DNA of 64,000 bases. Origin: Pyrinomonadaceae bacterium (GTDB taxonomy: Bacteria > Acidobacteriota > Blastocatellia > Pyrinomonadales > Pyrinomonadaceae). Positions 19,621 through 29,729 of the stretch are shown in pieces. The position numbers were made by a program, and so were the translations under genes. The notes under the pieces were generated by a model that was not told the DNA's origin, did no database searches, and saw only the letters and a list, made by a program, of their open reading frames with translations. Location of the stretch: NCBI GenBank assembly GCA_046313635.1, contig JBKBYA010000004.1:160001-224000 (forward strand), written 5' to 3'. Position 1 is the stretch's first letter. Every line of letters begins with the position of its first letter.

Positions 19621-20277
19621 TCACCTGGCGGCGAAGGCGTCGTTGCCGGTGATCTGGCTGAGATGGCGTGTGTCGTTGAGTGCGATGAGCCTCACGTTGC
19701 GGCGGCCGCGGATCTCAAATCGGTTTATGCCGCAGTTTGAGGTGACGATCCACGGAGCGTGCCTCGTATTTCGCCGCACGGCGCCCAAAAGGTAAAGCGA
19801 CAAAAAGCAAAGCACGCCGGTGTGCGAGTAGATCGCGACCCGCTCGCCGCGGTGGAGGCGGACGATCTCGTTCAGCTTTGCGCTGCTGCGGTCGAGCAGC
19901 TGGCGGTAGCTCTCGCCGCCGGTGATGACGTGATTCACCTTGCGATTGACGAGAGCGTAAAAGTCCTCGGGATGATTGTTCTTCGACTCGTCAAAGGTTA
20001 GCCCCTCAAGCACGCCGACGTGACGCTCGCGAAAGGCCTCGTCCGTGACGACCGGGATCCCGGTCTTCCGCGACAGCGGCTCGGCGGTCTCGACCGCGCG
20101 CAGGAGGTCGCTGGAGTAGATGGCGTCGACGCCCTCGCGCGCCAGCACTTCGGCGGTGATCTCGGCCTGCTGCCGCCCGAGCTCGGAGAGCGGCGTCGGC
20201 CCATGCCCGCCAAACCGCCCCTCGGCGTTGCCTGCAGACTGGCCGTGTCTGATCAAGAATAATTTCGTTACGGGCAA
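19621..20277 (-). CDS. Histidine phosphatase (phosphoglycerate mutase family)
   Basis: LIRHGQS, YSSDLLRA, GGES, SH motif. Confidence 0.9.
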   Translation of the reverse strand: MPVTKLFLIRHGQSAGNAEGRFGGHGPTPLSELGRQQAEITAEVLAREGVDAIYSSDLLRAVETAEPLSRKTGIPVVTDEAFRERHVGVLEGLTFDESKNNHPEDFYALVNRKVNHVITGGESYRQLLDRSSAKLNEIVRLHRGERVAIYSHTGVLCFLSLYLLGAVRRNTRHAPWIVTSNCGINRFEIRGRRNVRLIALNDTRHLSQITGNDAFAAR

Positions 20278-20279
20278 AC

Positions 20280-20732
20280 CTAATCCTCCGCCGATACAGA
20301 CCGCAGCAATTCAATGACAGCCGACTCCAGCGGGACGATCTTGTTTTCGACTATGTCCCAAATCACTTCAAGATCCACTTTGAACTAATCATCAATTATG
20401 ATGTCGCGAAAACGGGCGATCTGCTTCCAGGAAATATCGGGCCTGCGACTGAGCGTTTCGGACGGGATCGACTTAATTGCTTCTCCGATGATCTCTAGAT
20501 TTCGTACGACTGCGTCTACGGTCCTTCAATCGGTCGAGAATTCCTCAAACGCCATGACGTCTGTGTAATCGCGTACGTTGCGGCAGCTTTCGACGAGGAC
20601 GTCGACATCGCTTGCCTTGCCATGCTCGCCGCGGATCACCGATCCAAAGACGCCGATCTCGCGCACGCCGAATTCCTTTAACCGCGAACGGTTGGACTCG
20701 AGGAGGTCGAAGATGTCGGCACTCGATTTCAT
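20280..20732 (-). pseudogene. Decayed MNT (MntA)-HEPN (HepT/DUF86) toxin-antitoxin pair fused by deletion
   Basis: FGSVIRGE...SDVDVLVE joins in-frame to DAVVRNLEIIGEA...WKQIARFRD...VIWDIV; stops at 20526-20528 and 20385-20387. Confidence 0.85.
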
Positions 20733-20741
20733 ATCCTGCCA

Positions 20742-21818
20742 CTACGCCGTAACCGCTTCAGCCTTTAATTTCTCGGTCTGGTAGTGCGTCCGCAAAGCGT
20801 CGATGAACTGGTCGAGGTCGCCCTCCATGACCTGATCGAGCTGGTAGACCGTGAGGCCGATGCGGTGGTCGGTGACGCGGTTCTCTTTGAAGTTATAAGT
20901 CCGGATCTTTTCCGAACGGTCGCCGGAGCCGACCATCGATTTGCGTTCGGCTGACAGAGCGTCGTGCTGCTTTTGCTCCTCGATCTCCTGCAGCCGGGCG
21001 CGGAGCACGCGCATCGCTTTTTCGCGATTCTTGATCTGCGACTTCTCGTCCTGCATCGAGACTACGACGCCGGTCGGCAGGTGCGTGATGCGAACGGCTG
21101 AGTACGTCGTGTTGACCGACTGGCCGCCGGGGCCAGACGAGCAGAAAGTGTCGATGCGAAGGTCGTTCTGGTTGATCTGCACGTCGACCTCCTCGGCCTC
21201 GGGCAGCACGGCGACGGTGATCGCCGACGTGTGGATGCGGCCTTGAGTCTCGGTCTGCGGCACGCGCTGTACGCGGTGGACTCCCGACTCGTAGCGCAGC
21301 TTAGAATAGACGTTGTCGCCCTCGATCATCGCGATCGCTTCCTTGATGCCGCCTACGCCCGTGTCTGATGCGTCCATTATCTCCATCTTCCAGCCCTGTC
21401 GCTCGGCGTAGCGGGCGTACATTCGCAGGACTTCCGCCGCGAAGAGCGTTGCCTCATCGCCGCCGGTGCCGGCTCGAATCTCGAGGATGACGTTCTTTTC
21501 GTCGTTGGGGTCTTTAGGCAGCAGCAGCACCTTGAGCTCCTCTTCGGCGATCGGAAGCCTCGCCTCGATGTCGAGGATCTCGTCCTCGGCCATCTGGCGC
21601 ATATCGTCGTCGTCGGCAAGGTCGGCCATCTCGCGCGCCCCGGCGAGGTCGGCGCGCATCTTTTTGACCTCGCGATATTTTTCGACGATCTCACCGAGCG
21701 AGCGGTGCTGCTTCATCAGCTTTGCGTACTGCTTCATATCCGACACGATCTCGGGCGACGAGATCTGTGCGGTGAGCTCTTCGTAATTCTTTTCGATCTG
21801 TTCCAGTTTTTCGAACAT
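20742..21818 (-). CDS. prfA: Peptide chain release factor 1
   Basis: [15 protein letters not shown] (PxT) motif, [13 protein letters not shown]. Confidence 0.97.
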   Translation of the reverse strand: MFEKLEQIEKNYEELTAQISSPEIVSDMKQYAKLMKQHRSLGEIVEKYREVKKMRADLAGAREMADLADDDDMRQMAEDEILDIEARLPIAEEELKVLLLPKDPNDEKNVILEIRAGTGGDEATLFAAEVLRMYARYAERQGWKMEIMDASDTGVGGIKEAIAMIEGDNVYSKLRYESGVHRVQRVPQTETQGRIHTSAITVAVLPEAEEVDVQINQNDLRIDTFCSSGPGGQSVNTTYSAVRITHLPTGVVVSMQDEKSQIKNREKAMRVLRARLQEIEEQKQHDALSAERKSMVGSGDRSEKIRTYNFKENRVTDHRIGLTVYQLDQVMEGDLDQFIDALRTHYQTEKLKAEAVTA

Positions 21819-21844
21819 GTGTTTTAGTTGTCAGTGGCCGGTGG

Positions 21845-23023
21845 TCAGGTGGTGACTGCACACTGACTGCCGACGGTTTCTGCCGGCTCGAGCTTGAGCG
21901 ATTCTTCTAATGCGACGATCGCAACTTCCAACTGCTCGGCGTCGGGCTCCTGTGTTGTGATGTTCTGCAGCCAGAGGCCGGGCAGGGTCATCAGCTTAAA
22001 GATCGCGCCGGATTCTTTCTTCGCGGCATAGCGGATGACCTCGTAAGAGATGCCCGCGACGAGCGGCATCAGAGCGATGCGAACGACGAGATTCAGCCAG
22101 AACGCCTCAAATTTGATCACCGAAAACAGCACGATCGCCACGAGCATCACGACCATCAGGAACGACGTCCCGCACCGCGGATGCTGCCGACGCTGACCGG
22201 CGGCGTTAGAGGGCGTGAGCGCAAGGCCCTTTTCCCAGGTAAAGACCGTCTTGTGCTCAGCGCCGTGATATTCAAAGACGCGGCGGATGTCCTTGAGGTA
22301 TGACATCGAGACGATCATTACGACAAAAAAGAACATCCTGATCAGCCCGTCGATCAGATTGAAGGCGACCCACGAATGCGGCTTCGTCTCCCAGACGTAG
22401 CTCTTGATCGTCGCCGGCCAGCCTGCGTCCGATGCCAACGCCGGAGCGTCGGCCCAGCCAAAATAGATGAAGAGCAGATTGGTCAACACGAGCGGCGCGA
22501 CGATAAAAAGCAGCACGTTAAAGAGCAGAGCGAAAACGATCGAGCCCGCGGCCGCCGCTACCGATGCCGCCGAACGCTTTTCCTCTGACCTGTTGGGCAT
22601 GACGACGGTCGCGCGGGCCTTGGTAAACGCCTCGTCGGTCGTGCCCTCGACAAGCGCGCGTCGATCGGCGAGCGACGGTTCGCCGACAAGCTGCTCCTGC
22701 GCTTTTTGGTCCTCTTCAAAGACGCGGGCAGAGAAGTTGAGAGCCTTGATGCCGAGGGCCATCGACTGAATGAGCGTCGCACCGCCGCGAAGCACGGGCC
22801 AGCCGAGCCATTTGTACTTGTCGCTGAGACGCGGCAGAGCTTCGGCGGTGTGAACGATCGTTCCATCCGATCTTTTTCGGCACGCGATCGCGTAGGCCGA
22901 GGGCGTGCGCATCATTACGCCCTCCATCACGGCCTGACCGCCCACGATCAGGTCGCGCTCGAGGGCGAAGAGCAGATGAAGGAACCTCGTTAATTTTCGC
23001 GTCGATAGATATCGCATGATCAT
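21845..23023 (-). CDS. DUF1385 (YqhQ-like) membrane protein
   Basis: [40 protein letters not shown]; typical neighbour of rpmE/prfA. Confidence 0.9.
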   Translation of the reverse strand: MIMRYLSTRKLTRFLHLLFALERDLIVGGQAVMEGVMMRTPSAYAIACRKRSDGTIVHTAEALPRLSDKYKWLGWPVLRGGATLIQSMALGIKALNFSARVFEEDQKAQEQLVGEPSLADRRALVEGTTDEAFTKARATVVMPNRSEEKRSAASVAAAAGSIVFALLFNVLLFIVAPLVLTNLLFIYFGWADAPALASDAGWPATIKSYVWETKPHSWVAFNLIDGLIRMFFFVVMIVSMSYLKDIRRVFEYHGAEHKTVFTWEKGLALTPSNAAGQRRQHPRCGTSFLMVVMLVAIVLFSVIKFEAFWLNLVVRIALMPLVAGISYEVIRYAAKKESGAIFKLMTLPGLWLQNITTQEPDAEQLEVAIVALEESLKLEPAETVGSQCAVTT

Positions 23024-23580
23024 CAGCCTGCCGCGCCAATTGAATCGTCGTTTCTGCGGCCGCCCTTCTTTTCCTTTGCGTCGTCTTCGGTCAAAAAACT
23101 AAAGCGCCCGTTGCTCTCGAGATAACACTCTCTTACCTTTTTACGATCCTCGATCCCCTGCAGGCGGAGCTGGCTCTCCAACTCATCTTCGGTGATCATT
23201 TCGCGTCGCAGGTTGCGTCCGATGACGCGGCCGTTCTTGATCAGCAGAAGCGGCTTGGGCGAAATGAGCCTTTCGAAGAGCGGTGACCGATAACCCATCC
23301 AATCGAATGCCCAGTCCCATACGACGATCGTCGAGATCAGCAGCAGAGCCTCGGTGATCGACCTCGAATCGCCGGCCATCCCGTTCTGCGCCGCGTCGGC
23401 TATGACGACGACGACGAGCAGGTCGGCGATGCCGACGGTGCCCGCCTGCCGCCGGAAGATCCGGAGCAGAACGAACATCCCCATATACATGATCGTACCG
23501 CGGAGCAGTATCTCGAGCACCGACTCGGTCGGTACGAACATCGACTGCCAATCGATCTTGAATAACAGGTCCACGGTCAA
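23023..23580 (-). CDS. DUF421 (YetF-like) membrane protein
   Basis: Three TM segments, then LLIKNG...[10 protein letters not shown]...LR..GI...LESNGRFS. Confidence 0.85.
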   Translation of the reverse strand: MTVDLLFKIDWQSMFVPTESVLEILLRGTIMYMGMFVLLRIFRRQAGTVGIADLLVVVVIADAAQNGMAGDSRSITEALLLISTIVVWDWAFDWMGYRSPLFERLISPKPLLLIKNGRVIGRNLRREMITEDELESQLRLQGIEDRKKVRECYLESNGRFSFLTEDDAKEKKGGRRNDDSIGAAG

Positions 23581-23752
23581 AAAACTTAACGCCGAGCTTT
23601 TTGACCTGTCTCGGGTGCGGCCGCCTGCGGCTATACACCTTTATCGAGCGGCGCCAAAAAGCGTCGGCGTTGGATTTTAAGAAGCTAGTGCTGGTACGAG
23701 ACCGCTTTCACTAAATTCGAGGCGCGGCCCCAAAGCGGGCCGTCGCGTCAGA

Positions 23753-23968
23753 TCACTTTTGCTGTCCGGCCCTCGCGTAGCGCTTGTTAAAGCGATCGAC
23801 GCGGCCAGCCGTATCGACGAGCTTCTGTTTGCCCGTGAAGAACGGATGGCAGTCGGAGCAGATCTCGACGTGGAGATCTTCTTTCATCGTAGAGCGCGTC
23901 TTGAACGAATTGCCGCAGGCACAGACGACGCTGATCTCCTGATAATTCGGATGAATACCTTCTTTCAT
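23753..23968 (-). CDS. rpmE: 50S ribosomal protein L31 (Zn-binding type)
   Basis: [34 protein letters not shown]. Confidence 0.97.
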   Translation of the reverse strand: MKEGIHPNYQEISVVCACGNSFKTRSTMKEDLHVEICSDCHPFFTGKQKLVDTAGRVDRFNKRYARAGQQK

Positions 23969-24109
23969 TGCTATAGTCCTCAATTCCTGACCAAGGTCAA
24001 ACCGAAATGATACGCGTCCGGTCCGTGTCTGGTCAAGGAGTTGTACGATGCGGGCCCGCGGACCGGCGTTTGCGGCCGCTGCGGGCAAACCTCTCCGGGC
24101 TAGGCGCTT

Positions 24110-25303
24110 TCAGGCGGACGCTCGGGCATTCAGCGGCCGGAGCAGGTCGACCAGGCGCTGGTGCTCGACGCCGTAAAAACGCATAAGCTCGTCGATCTCG
24201 GCATCGAGCTTAGCTGCCGCCGAGGTTCTCGCGCGGCCGCGCGTGCCGATGATCATCAGGTTCTTGGGCGTGTGCTCGGTCGCCACAAAATCGATCAGCG
24301 TCGTCGAATAGCCGCTCCGCTCGAGCATCAACGTCCGGAGCGAATCGGTGACGAATTCGGTCGTTCGCTCGAGCATCACGCCGTGCTTCAAAACGTCTGC
24401 GAGCATCGCCGGCGGTTTGATCCGGCCGCGGAGCTCATGCTGGCAGCACGGCGCGACGATCACAATGCCCGCACCGGCGGCGATCCCCTTAAAGATCGCG
24501 TCGTCGGTCGCGGTGTCGCAGGCGTGCAGGGCGACGAGAATGTCGATGCCCGCTGCGTCAAAGCTGTCGATCGTCCCGTCGATGAAATGCAGGCCGTCGA
24601 GCCCGCCGGCCGCCGCGATCTCGTTTGAGGCGAGCACGAGATCGTGTCGCATCTCGACGCCGGTCATTTCGACCTTGATACCTCGGACCGACGTCAGATA
24701 GTCGTATGCCGCAAAGGTGAGATATCCCTTACCGGCTCCCATATCGGCGACCGCGAGCCTGTCACGGCCGGCAAGATCCGACCTGTCGATCTGTCTCGAA
24801 AGTATCTCGACAAAACGATTTATCTGCCGCCATTTGTCCTGCTGGCGGTCGCGGACCTGGCCGGCGTCGTTGGTGACGCCGAGCGCCTTAAGGTAATAGG
24901 CGTTCGGGTCGATGAGACGCTTTTTTTCGCGGTCGTGCCTGAGCGAAGGCGGCGACTTGAAGCTCGGCTTCCCGACGTTCAATCGCGAACGGCCGTTCTT
25001 GCCGACCTCAAGCTGATGGTCGTTCTCGGTCGTGAAAAGATGGGCGCTCTTAAAGCCCGAGGCGAGCAGGTCGGCGATCATCGCGGGCCCCTCTGCAAAC
25101 TCGTGGTTCTTTGCGGTGTCGCGGGTCCTGCCGCGATATAGGAAAAAGAGCCTGACGCCGCGCTTGGTCTCGATCAGCCGGACCTGTAGTTTTTGCAGGT
25201 CGCTGTCGCCGCCCTTATAATTGCCTAAAGTCAGCTTTACAAAGGTTCGCTTTTCAAGGCTCCGTTTGAATTCGGCGATGAATTTGTCGATGTTTTCAGA
25301 CAT
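24110..25303 (-). CDS. Class I SAM-dependent methyltransferase
   Basis: DKWRQINRFVE, DMGAGKGYLTF, ALHACDTATD, APCCQHE, EHTPKN. Confidence 0.88.
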   Translation of the reverse strand: MSENIDKFIAEFKRSLEKRTFVKLTLGNYKGGDSDLQKLQVRLIETKRGVRLFFLYRGRTRDTAKNHEFAEGPAMIADLLASGFKSAHLFTTENDHQLEVGKNGRSRLNVGKPSFKSPPSLRHDREKKRLIDPNAYYLKALGVTNDAGQVRDRQQDKWRQINRFVEILSRQIDRSDLAGRDRLAVADMGAGKGYLTFAAYDYLTSVRGIKVEMTGVEMRHDLVLASNEIAAAGGLDGLHFIDGTIDSFDAAGIDILVALHACDTATDDAIFKGIAAGAGIVIVAPCCQHELRGRIKPPAMLADVLKHGVMLERTTEFVTDSLRTLMLERSGYSTTLIDFVATEHTPKNLMIIGTRGRARTSAAAKLDAEIDELMRFYGVEHQRLVDLLRPLNARASA

Positions 25304-25374
25304 TGGGCAAGGCCGGACCGCCTGGACAAGAGTATCGCCTAAACTTACGGACGCGGCCAAACGGCGTTTCTGAT

Positions 25375-25845
25375 ATGGATGACAAGTACTTTATCGAAGC
25401 GGTCGCCTATCTCTTGCGGGAGACCTTTGAAGGCTCGCCCGAGGGGCAGCCGAGCGCGTATCTCGATCGCGGCGTCGGACTCTTTGACACGCTCGACTCG
25501 CTTACTGCCGAGCAGGTCTCGCGACCGGTGGCGGGCACGACGATCGCCGCTCAGACCGAGCATGCGAAATTCTATATTGATCGCCTTTGCGAGTTCATAT
25601 CGGGTCGCACCGAGCGTGTCAACTGGGAAGACAGCTGGCTGATCGAGACCGTGACCGACGATGAATGGGACGCCCTGCGAGCGACGGTCCGCAAGGCATA
25701 CGAAAATGCTCTGAAGTGTCTCGCGGCGACGCCGGAATGGGACCTCACGCGGTCGGGAATGGCGATCGGTCTGGTGGCGCACACGGCATATCATCTCGGC
25801 TCTGTCCGCCAGCTCGCAAAGCTGGTCAAGCAACAAAATGACTAA
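25375..25845 (+). CDS. DinB/YfiT-like four-helix protein
   Basis: TIAAQTEH and [12 protein letters not shown]is motifs. Confidence 0.7.
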   Translation: MDDKYFIEAVAYLLRETFEGSPEGQPSAYLDRGVGLFDTLDSLTAEQVSRPVAGTTIAAQTEHAKFYIDRLCEFISGRTERVNWEDSWLIETVTDDEWDALRATVRKAYENALKCLAATPEWDLTRSGMAIGLVAHTAYHLGSVRQLAKLVKQQND

Positions 25846-26254
25846 CCTTTTTCATCTCGCCTTTCCGGTCCACGACCTCGACGCCGCACGCGAGTTTTAC
25901 GGCGGCGTCCTCGGCTGCGAAGAGGGCCGCTCCTCCGACCGCTGGATCGACTTTAGTCTTTTTGGTCACCAGATCGTCGCTCATCTCGCGCCGGGGGCGG
26001 CGGGCAGCCGAGCCTCAAATCACGTAGATGCCGACGACGTCCCGGTGCCTCACTTCGGCATCGTGCTGCCGATGGACGAATGGCGGCAGCTCGCCGATCG
26101 ATTGCATGCTCGCGGGATCGAGTTCGTGATCGAGCCAAAGATCCGATTCGAAGGCCAAACCGGCGAGCAGGCGACAATGTTCTTTCTCGATCCGAGCGGC
26201 AACGCGCTCGAGTTCAAGGGATTCAACGACCTTTCGCAGGTCTTCGCCAAATGA
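25838..26254 (+). CDS. VOC/glyoxalase family protein
   Basis: [38 protein letters not shown]. Confidence 0.92.
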   Translation: MTNLFHLAFPVHDLDAAREFYGGVLGCEEGRSSDRWIDFSLFGHQIVAHLAPGAAGSRASNHVDADDVPVPHFGIVLPMDEWRQLADRLHARGIEFVIEPKIRFEGQTGEQATMFFLDPSGNALEFKGFNDLSQVFAK

Positions 26255-26336
26255 GGCCGAGTGCGGAGGGCCGCGTGGAAGCCTGCCGGCGAGAGGCTTT
26301 TGGCCGCGCTTCTCTCAGGCGTCCGGCTTGTGACCG

Positions 26337-27488
26337 ATGAGATCGGCTGACGTTGTCATAGTGGGCGGCGGCGTCGTCGGCGCGAGCGTCGCATATCACC
26401 TTACAGAGCGTGGCGTGAGAGACGTGCTGATCCTCGAGCGCGAGGCCGGGCAGGGAAGCGGCTCGACCGGCAAGGCGACGGGCGGCGTCCGCGCGCAGTT
26501 CGAGACCGACATCAATATCAGGCTGTCGCTCTACTCGATAGACTTTTTTCGCGAATGGGACCATGACTGCGGCTACGAGCCGCGCGGATATCTCTTTTTC
26601 GCGACGACCGACGAGCAGTTTGCCTACATCGAGCGCAACGTCCGCCGCCTGCGCGAACTCGGCGTCCGGGGAGTCGAGACGATCGACCGCGACGCGGTCC
26701 ACGAGATCGTGCCGGGGATGATCGTTGACGACATCGTCGGCGGCAGCTTCGGCGCGTCGGACGGCTTCATCGATCCGCTTGCCGTGATGCGCGGCTTCAC
26801 CGACGGAGCGCTTGCGCGGGGAGCTTCGATCCGGTTCGACAGCGAGGTGCGTTCGATCAACGTCGCCGCCGGGCGTGTGCGTTCGGTCTCGACGGCAGAG
26901 GGCGAGATCGAATGCGGCGCGGCCGTGGTCTGCGCCGGCGCGTGGGCCCGGCCGCTGGCGGCGACGGCCGGGATCGATCTGCCGGTCGAGCCGATGCGGC
27001 GACAGATCGTCTGGGCCCGCTCGTCGACGCCGCTGCCGCCAAAACTGCCGATGGTGATCGATCTCGGTTCGGGCTTTCACTTTCGCCCGGCGAAAGACTC
27101 CGATCGAGAGGCGCTCTTCGCTTATCCCGATCCCGACGAGCGTGCGTCGACCGACACCGAATTCGACGAGAGCTTCATCGCAAAGGTTTACAAACGTGCG
27201 CGGCTGCGGGCCCCGTTCCTCGCCGAGACCGAGGTGGTACGCGAACGCTGTCGGGCCGGGCTCTATGAAAATTCGCCCGACCATCACGCGATACTCGGCG
27301 GCTGCGAGGTCGCGGGCCTTTATTTTGCGGATGGTTTCAGCGGCCACGGCGTGATGCACTCGCCGGCGACAGGGCGGGCGTTGAGCGAGATCATTGTAGA
27401 CGGCCGGTCGTCGTTTCTCGATGTGTCTTGCCTCGGCATCGACAGATTTGCACGGGGCGAGCTGCTGCACGAGACAGCGTTCATTTGA
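26337..27488 (+). CDS. FAD-dependent oxidoreductase (DAO/sarcosine oxidase beta family)
   Basis: IVGGGVVG, GSTGKATGGVR, GFSGHGVMHSPA. Confidence 0.9.
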   Translation: MRSADVVIVGGGVVGASVAYHLTERGVRDVLILEREAGQGSGSTGKATGGVRAQFETDINIRLSLYSIDFFREWDHDCGYEPRGYLFFATTDEQFAYIERNVRRLRELGVRGVETIDRDAVHEIVPGMIVDDIVGGSFGASDGFIDPLAVMRGFTDGALARGASIRFDSEVRSINVAAGRVRSVSTAEGEIECGAAVVCAGAWARPLAATAGIDLPVEPMRRQIVWARSSTPLPPKLPMVIDLGSGFHFRPAKDSDREALFAYPDPDERASTDTEFDESFIAKVYKRARLRAPFLAETEVVRERCRAGLYENSPDHHAILGGCEVAGLYFADGFSGHGVMHSPATGRALSEIIVDGRSSFLDVSCLGIDRFARGELLHETAFI

Positions 27489-27522
27489 GTCAGAACCACC
27501 CGCTAACGCAGGCGGCTCTGAC
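27489..27522. repeat. REP-like palindrome (GTCAGAACCACCCGC family)
   Basis: GTCAGAACCACCCGCTAACGCAGGCGGCTCTGAC; related copies at 52920, 54402 and 54594. Confidence 0.8.
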
Positions 27523-27539
27523 TTGGGTAAGATTGGTGT

Positions 27540-28484
27540 ATGGCGACCGCGATAATTCATCATCCCATTTACGAAAAGCACGACACCGGTCCCGGCCATC
27601 CCGAGACGCCGCGGCGCTACCGCGCCGTTATGGATGCGCTGAAGGCCGATGAGCGGCTGTGGGGCTCGATGGTCGAGATCGAACCGGAGCCGGCGTCGAA
27701 GGGCAGCATTCAGGCCGCGCACACGCCGCAGCACTTCAAGCGTGTCGAGTCGGCGATCGAGAGCGGCGCGATGCAGCTTGACGCGGACACGACCGTGTCG
27801 CTGAAGTCGTTTGACGCGGCGCTGCACGCGGCCGGCGGCGTCTGCCGGGCCGTCGATGCCGTGATGCAAGGCGAGGCAAAGAACGCGTTTGTCGCCGCCC
27901 GCCCGCCGGGCCATCACGCGACCGCCGAGCGGACGATGGGATTCTGCATATTCAACAACGTCGCCGTCGCCGCACGCTACGCGCAGAATCGCTACCGAGA
28001 GATCGAGCGCGTCGCGATCATCGACTGGGACGTTCATCACGGCAACGGCACGCAGGGCATCTTTTACGACGACCCGAGCGTATTCTTTTTTTCGATGCAC
28101 CAGTACCCTTGGTACCCGGGCACGGGCAGCCGCGGCGAGACGGGCCACGGCCGCGGCCTCGGTCACACGCTGAACGTGCCCGTAAAAGCAAACACGCCGG
28201 CCGTCCAGCAGCGTCGTGCATTCGAAGCGGCGATCGAGGAGATAGCTGCAAAGGTGCAGCCCGATCTGATCATCATCTCGGCCGGCTTTGACGCTCACGA
28301 CGGCGACCCGCTCGGGCAGCTCCGGCTCTCGGACGACGACTTTGCGGCGATGACGACGGTGGTCAAGCAGTGGGCGAACGAGGTCTGCGCAGGCCGCGTC
28401 GTCTCGGCGCTCGAGGGCGGATACAACCTCGAAACGCTCGGCGAGACTGTCCGCCGACACGTCGCCGAATTGGCTCGTCAGTAG
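27540..28484 (+). CDS. Histone deacetylase family amidohydrolase
   Basis: HPETPRR, RPPGHH, GFCIFNN, DWDVHHGNGTQ, SAGFDAH, LEGGY. Confidence 0.95.
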   Translation: MATAIIHHPIYEKHDTGPGHPETPRRYRAVMDALKADERLWGSMVEIEPEPASKGSIQAAHTPQHFKRVESAIESGAMQLDADTTVSLKSFDAALHAAGGVCRAVDAVMQGEAKNAFVAARPPGHHATAERTMGFCIFNNVAVAARYAQNRYREIERVAIIDWDVHHGNGTQGIFYDDPSVFFFSMHQYPWYPGTGSRGETGHGRGLGHTLNVPVKANTPAVQQRRAFEAAIEEIAAKVQPDLIIISAGFDAHDGDPLGQLRLSDDDFAAMTTVVKQWANEVCAGRVVSALEGGYNLETLGETVRRHVAELARQ

Positions 28485-28562
28485 CTTTGCGGCGGCGGTC
28501 GCGCAGTGTGCTACACTCTATCGCAAACCCGCATTTCGACCAGTCCCAAAGGAGGTAGTTCA

Positions 28563-28847
28563 ATGCCGGACATTGAGATCCCGTGCGTTCAGTGCAAAGA
28601 GATCTTTCTCTTTACCGAAAAGGAGCAGGAGGTTTTTTACCAGCGCAATATGGTCGCTCCTCAGCGCTGCCCAAAGTGCCGCACAAAAAAGGCGGCCGCC
28701 GCCGTCGAGGGGACCGCTCCGCGTTTCGATATCGTCTGCGACCACTGCGGCCGGCACGATCAGGTGCCCTTTCAGCCCAAGCTTGGCCGGGCCATCCTCT
28801 GCCGAGAGTGCCACGGCGCGAGCAAGTCGCGGGCGCGCATCTCTTGA
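28563..28847 (+). CDS. Zinc-ribbon protein (CxxC-x17-CxxC type)
   Basis: Four CxxC pairs; FLFTEKEQEVF..RN...PQRCPKCR; SD GGAGG. Confidence 0.85.
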   Translation: MPDIEIPCVQCKEIFLFTEKEQEVFYQRNMVAPQRCPKCRTKKAAAAVEGTAPRFDIVCDHCGRHDQVPFQPKLGRAILCRECHGASKSRARIS

Positions 28848-28934
28848 CCGTCCGTGAAGGTCAGCCGACTCTTTATAACAGCTACCGACCTCTGAATGCC
28901 GCGCTGCGAGACGATCGTGCGGCTTTTTTCGTTT

Positions 28935-29729
28935 ATGAGAACTGAGAACGTCAAATACAACTGCGAGAATTCGGTCGCCGTGATCACGCTCGACCGGCCC
29001 GAGGCCCTCAACGCGCTTTCACAAGGATTGACCGAAGATCTGCGGTCGGCGATACGGACTGCGATCGACGAGCAGGCCCGCGCGATCGTGCTGACCGGGT
29101 CGGGCCGCGCGTTCTGCTCGGGCGGCGACCTGCGCGAGATGAAGACGCTCGCCGAGCATGAGGGAAGGATCGAGGCGTTTCTCGAGGCGCCGCTCGGAGC
29201 GCTTCACGACCTCGTAAGGCTTATCCGCGAGACGCCGATCCCTTTCATCGCGGCCGTCAACGGCGTGTGCGCCGGCGCCGGCACAAATATCGCGCTCGCC
29301 TGCGACATCGTCGTCGCTGCAGACGACGCGAGCTTTAATGAGGCCTTTGTAAAGATCGGTCTCTCGCCGGACTGCGGCGGCACCTACTTTTTGCCGCGGG
29401 CGATCGGCGAAAAGCTGGCGGCCGAAATGCTGATGACCGGCGAGACCGTGACGGCAGAGCGTGCGGCGCGTTTCGGCATGATAAATCGCGTCGTGCCGGC
29501 CGCCGACCTGATGGTCGACGCTCTCGCGCTCGCCGAGCGGCTCGCGGCCGGCCCGACCGGATCGATCGGACGGATCAAGCGGATGCTGAACGCGTCGTAC
29601 TCAAATACGCTCGAGCAGCAGCTCGCTCTCGAGCACGAATGCCAGATCGAGTCGGGCCGCTCGGCGGATTTCAAAGAGGGCGTCTCTGCATTCTTTGAGA
29701 AACGCCCTCCGCGATTTGAGGGAAGTTAG
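28935..29729 (+). CDS. Enoyl-CoA hydratase/isomerase (PaaG-like)
   Basis: RAFCSGGDL, AAVNGVCAGAG, IGLSPDCG, DFKEGVSAF. Confidence 0.92.
   Translation: MRTENVKYNCENSVAVITLDRPEALNALSQGLTEDLRSAIRTAIDEQARAIVLTGSGRAFCSGGDLREMKTLAEHEGRIEAFLEAPLGALHDLVRLIRETPIPFIAAVNGVCAGAGTNIALACDIVVAADDASFNEAFVKIGLSPDCGGTYFLPRAIGEKLAAEMLMTGETVTAERAARFGMINRVVPAADLMVDALALAERLAAGPTGSIGRIKRMLNASYSNTLEQQLALEHECQIESGRSADFKEGVSAFFEKRPPRFEGS

Noticed and set aside
20385..20528. Programmed read-through (Sec/Pyl) of TGA and TAG in the HEPN frame
   Set aside because: Two different stops plus loss of the catalytic His and a deletion fit pseudogenisation better.
23971..24045. Hairpin leader regulating rpmE (CAACTCCTTGACCA / TGGTCAGGAATTG)
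   Set aside because: A promoter-like TTGACC-18-TATCAT overlaps the upstream arm, so that arm may not be transcribed; unsupported without TSS data.
26223..28460. 745-aa minus-strand ORF (and similar long antisense ORFs at 18299-19510, 16373-17485, 41544-42710, 35116-36561)
   Set aside because: These are shadows of well-supported genes on the opposite strand; high GC3 suppresses antisense stops and the translations have no motifs.
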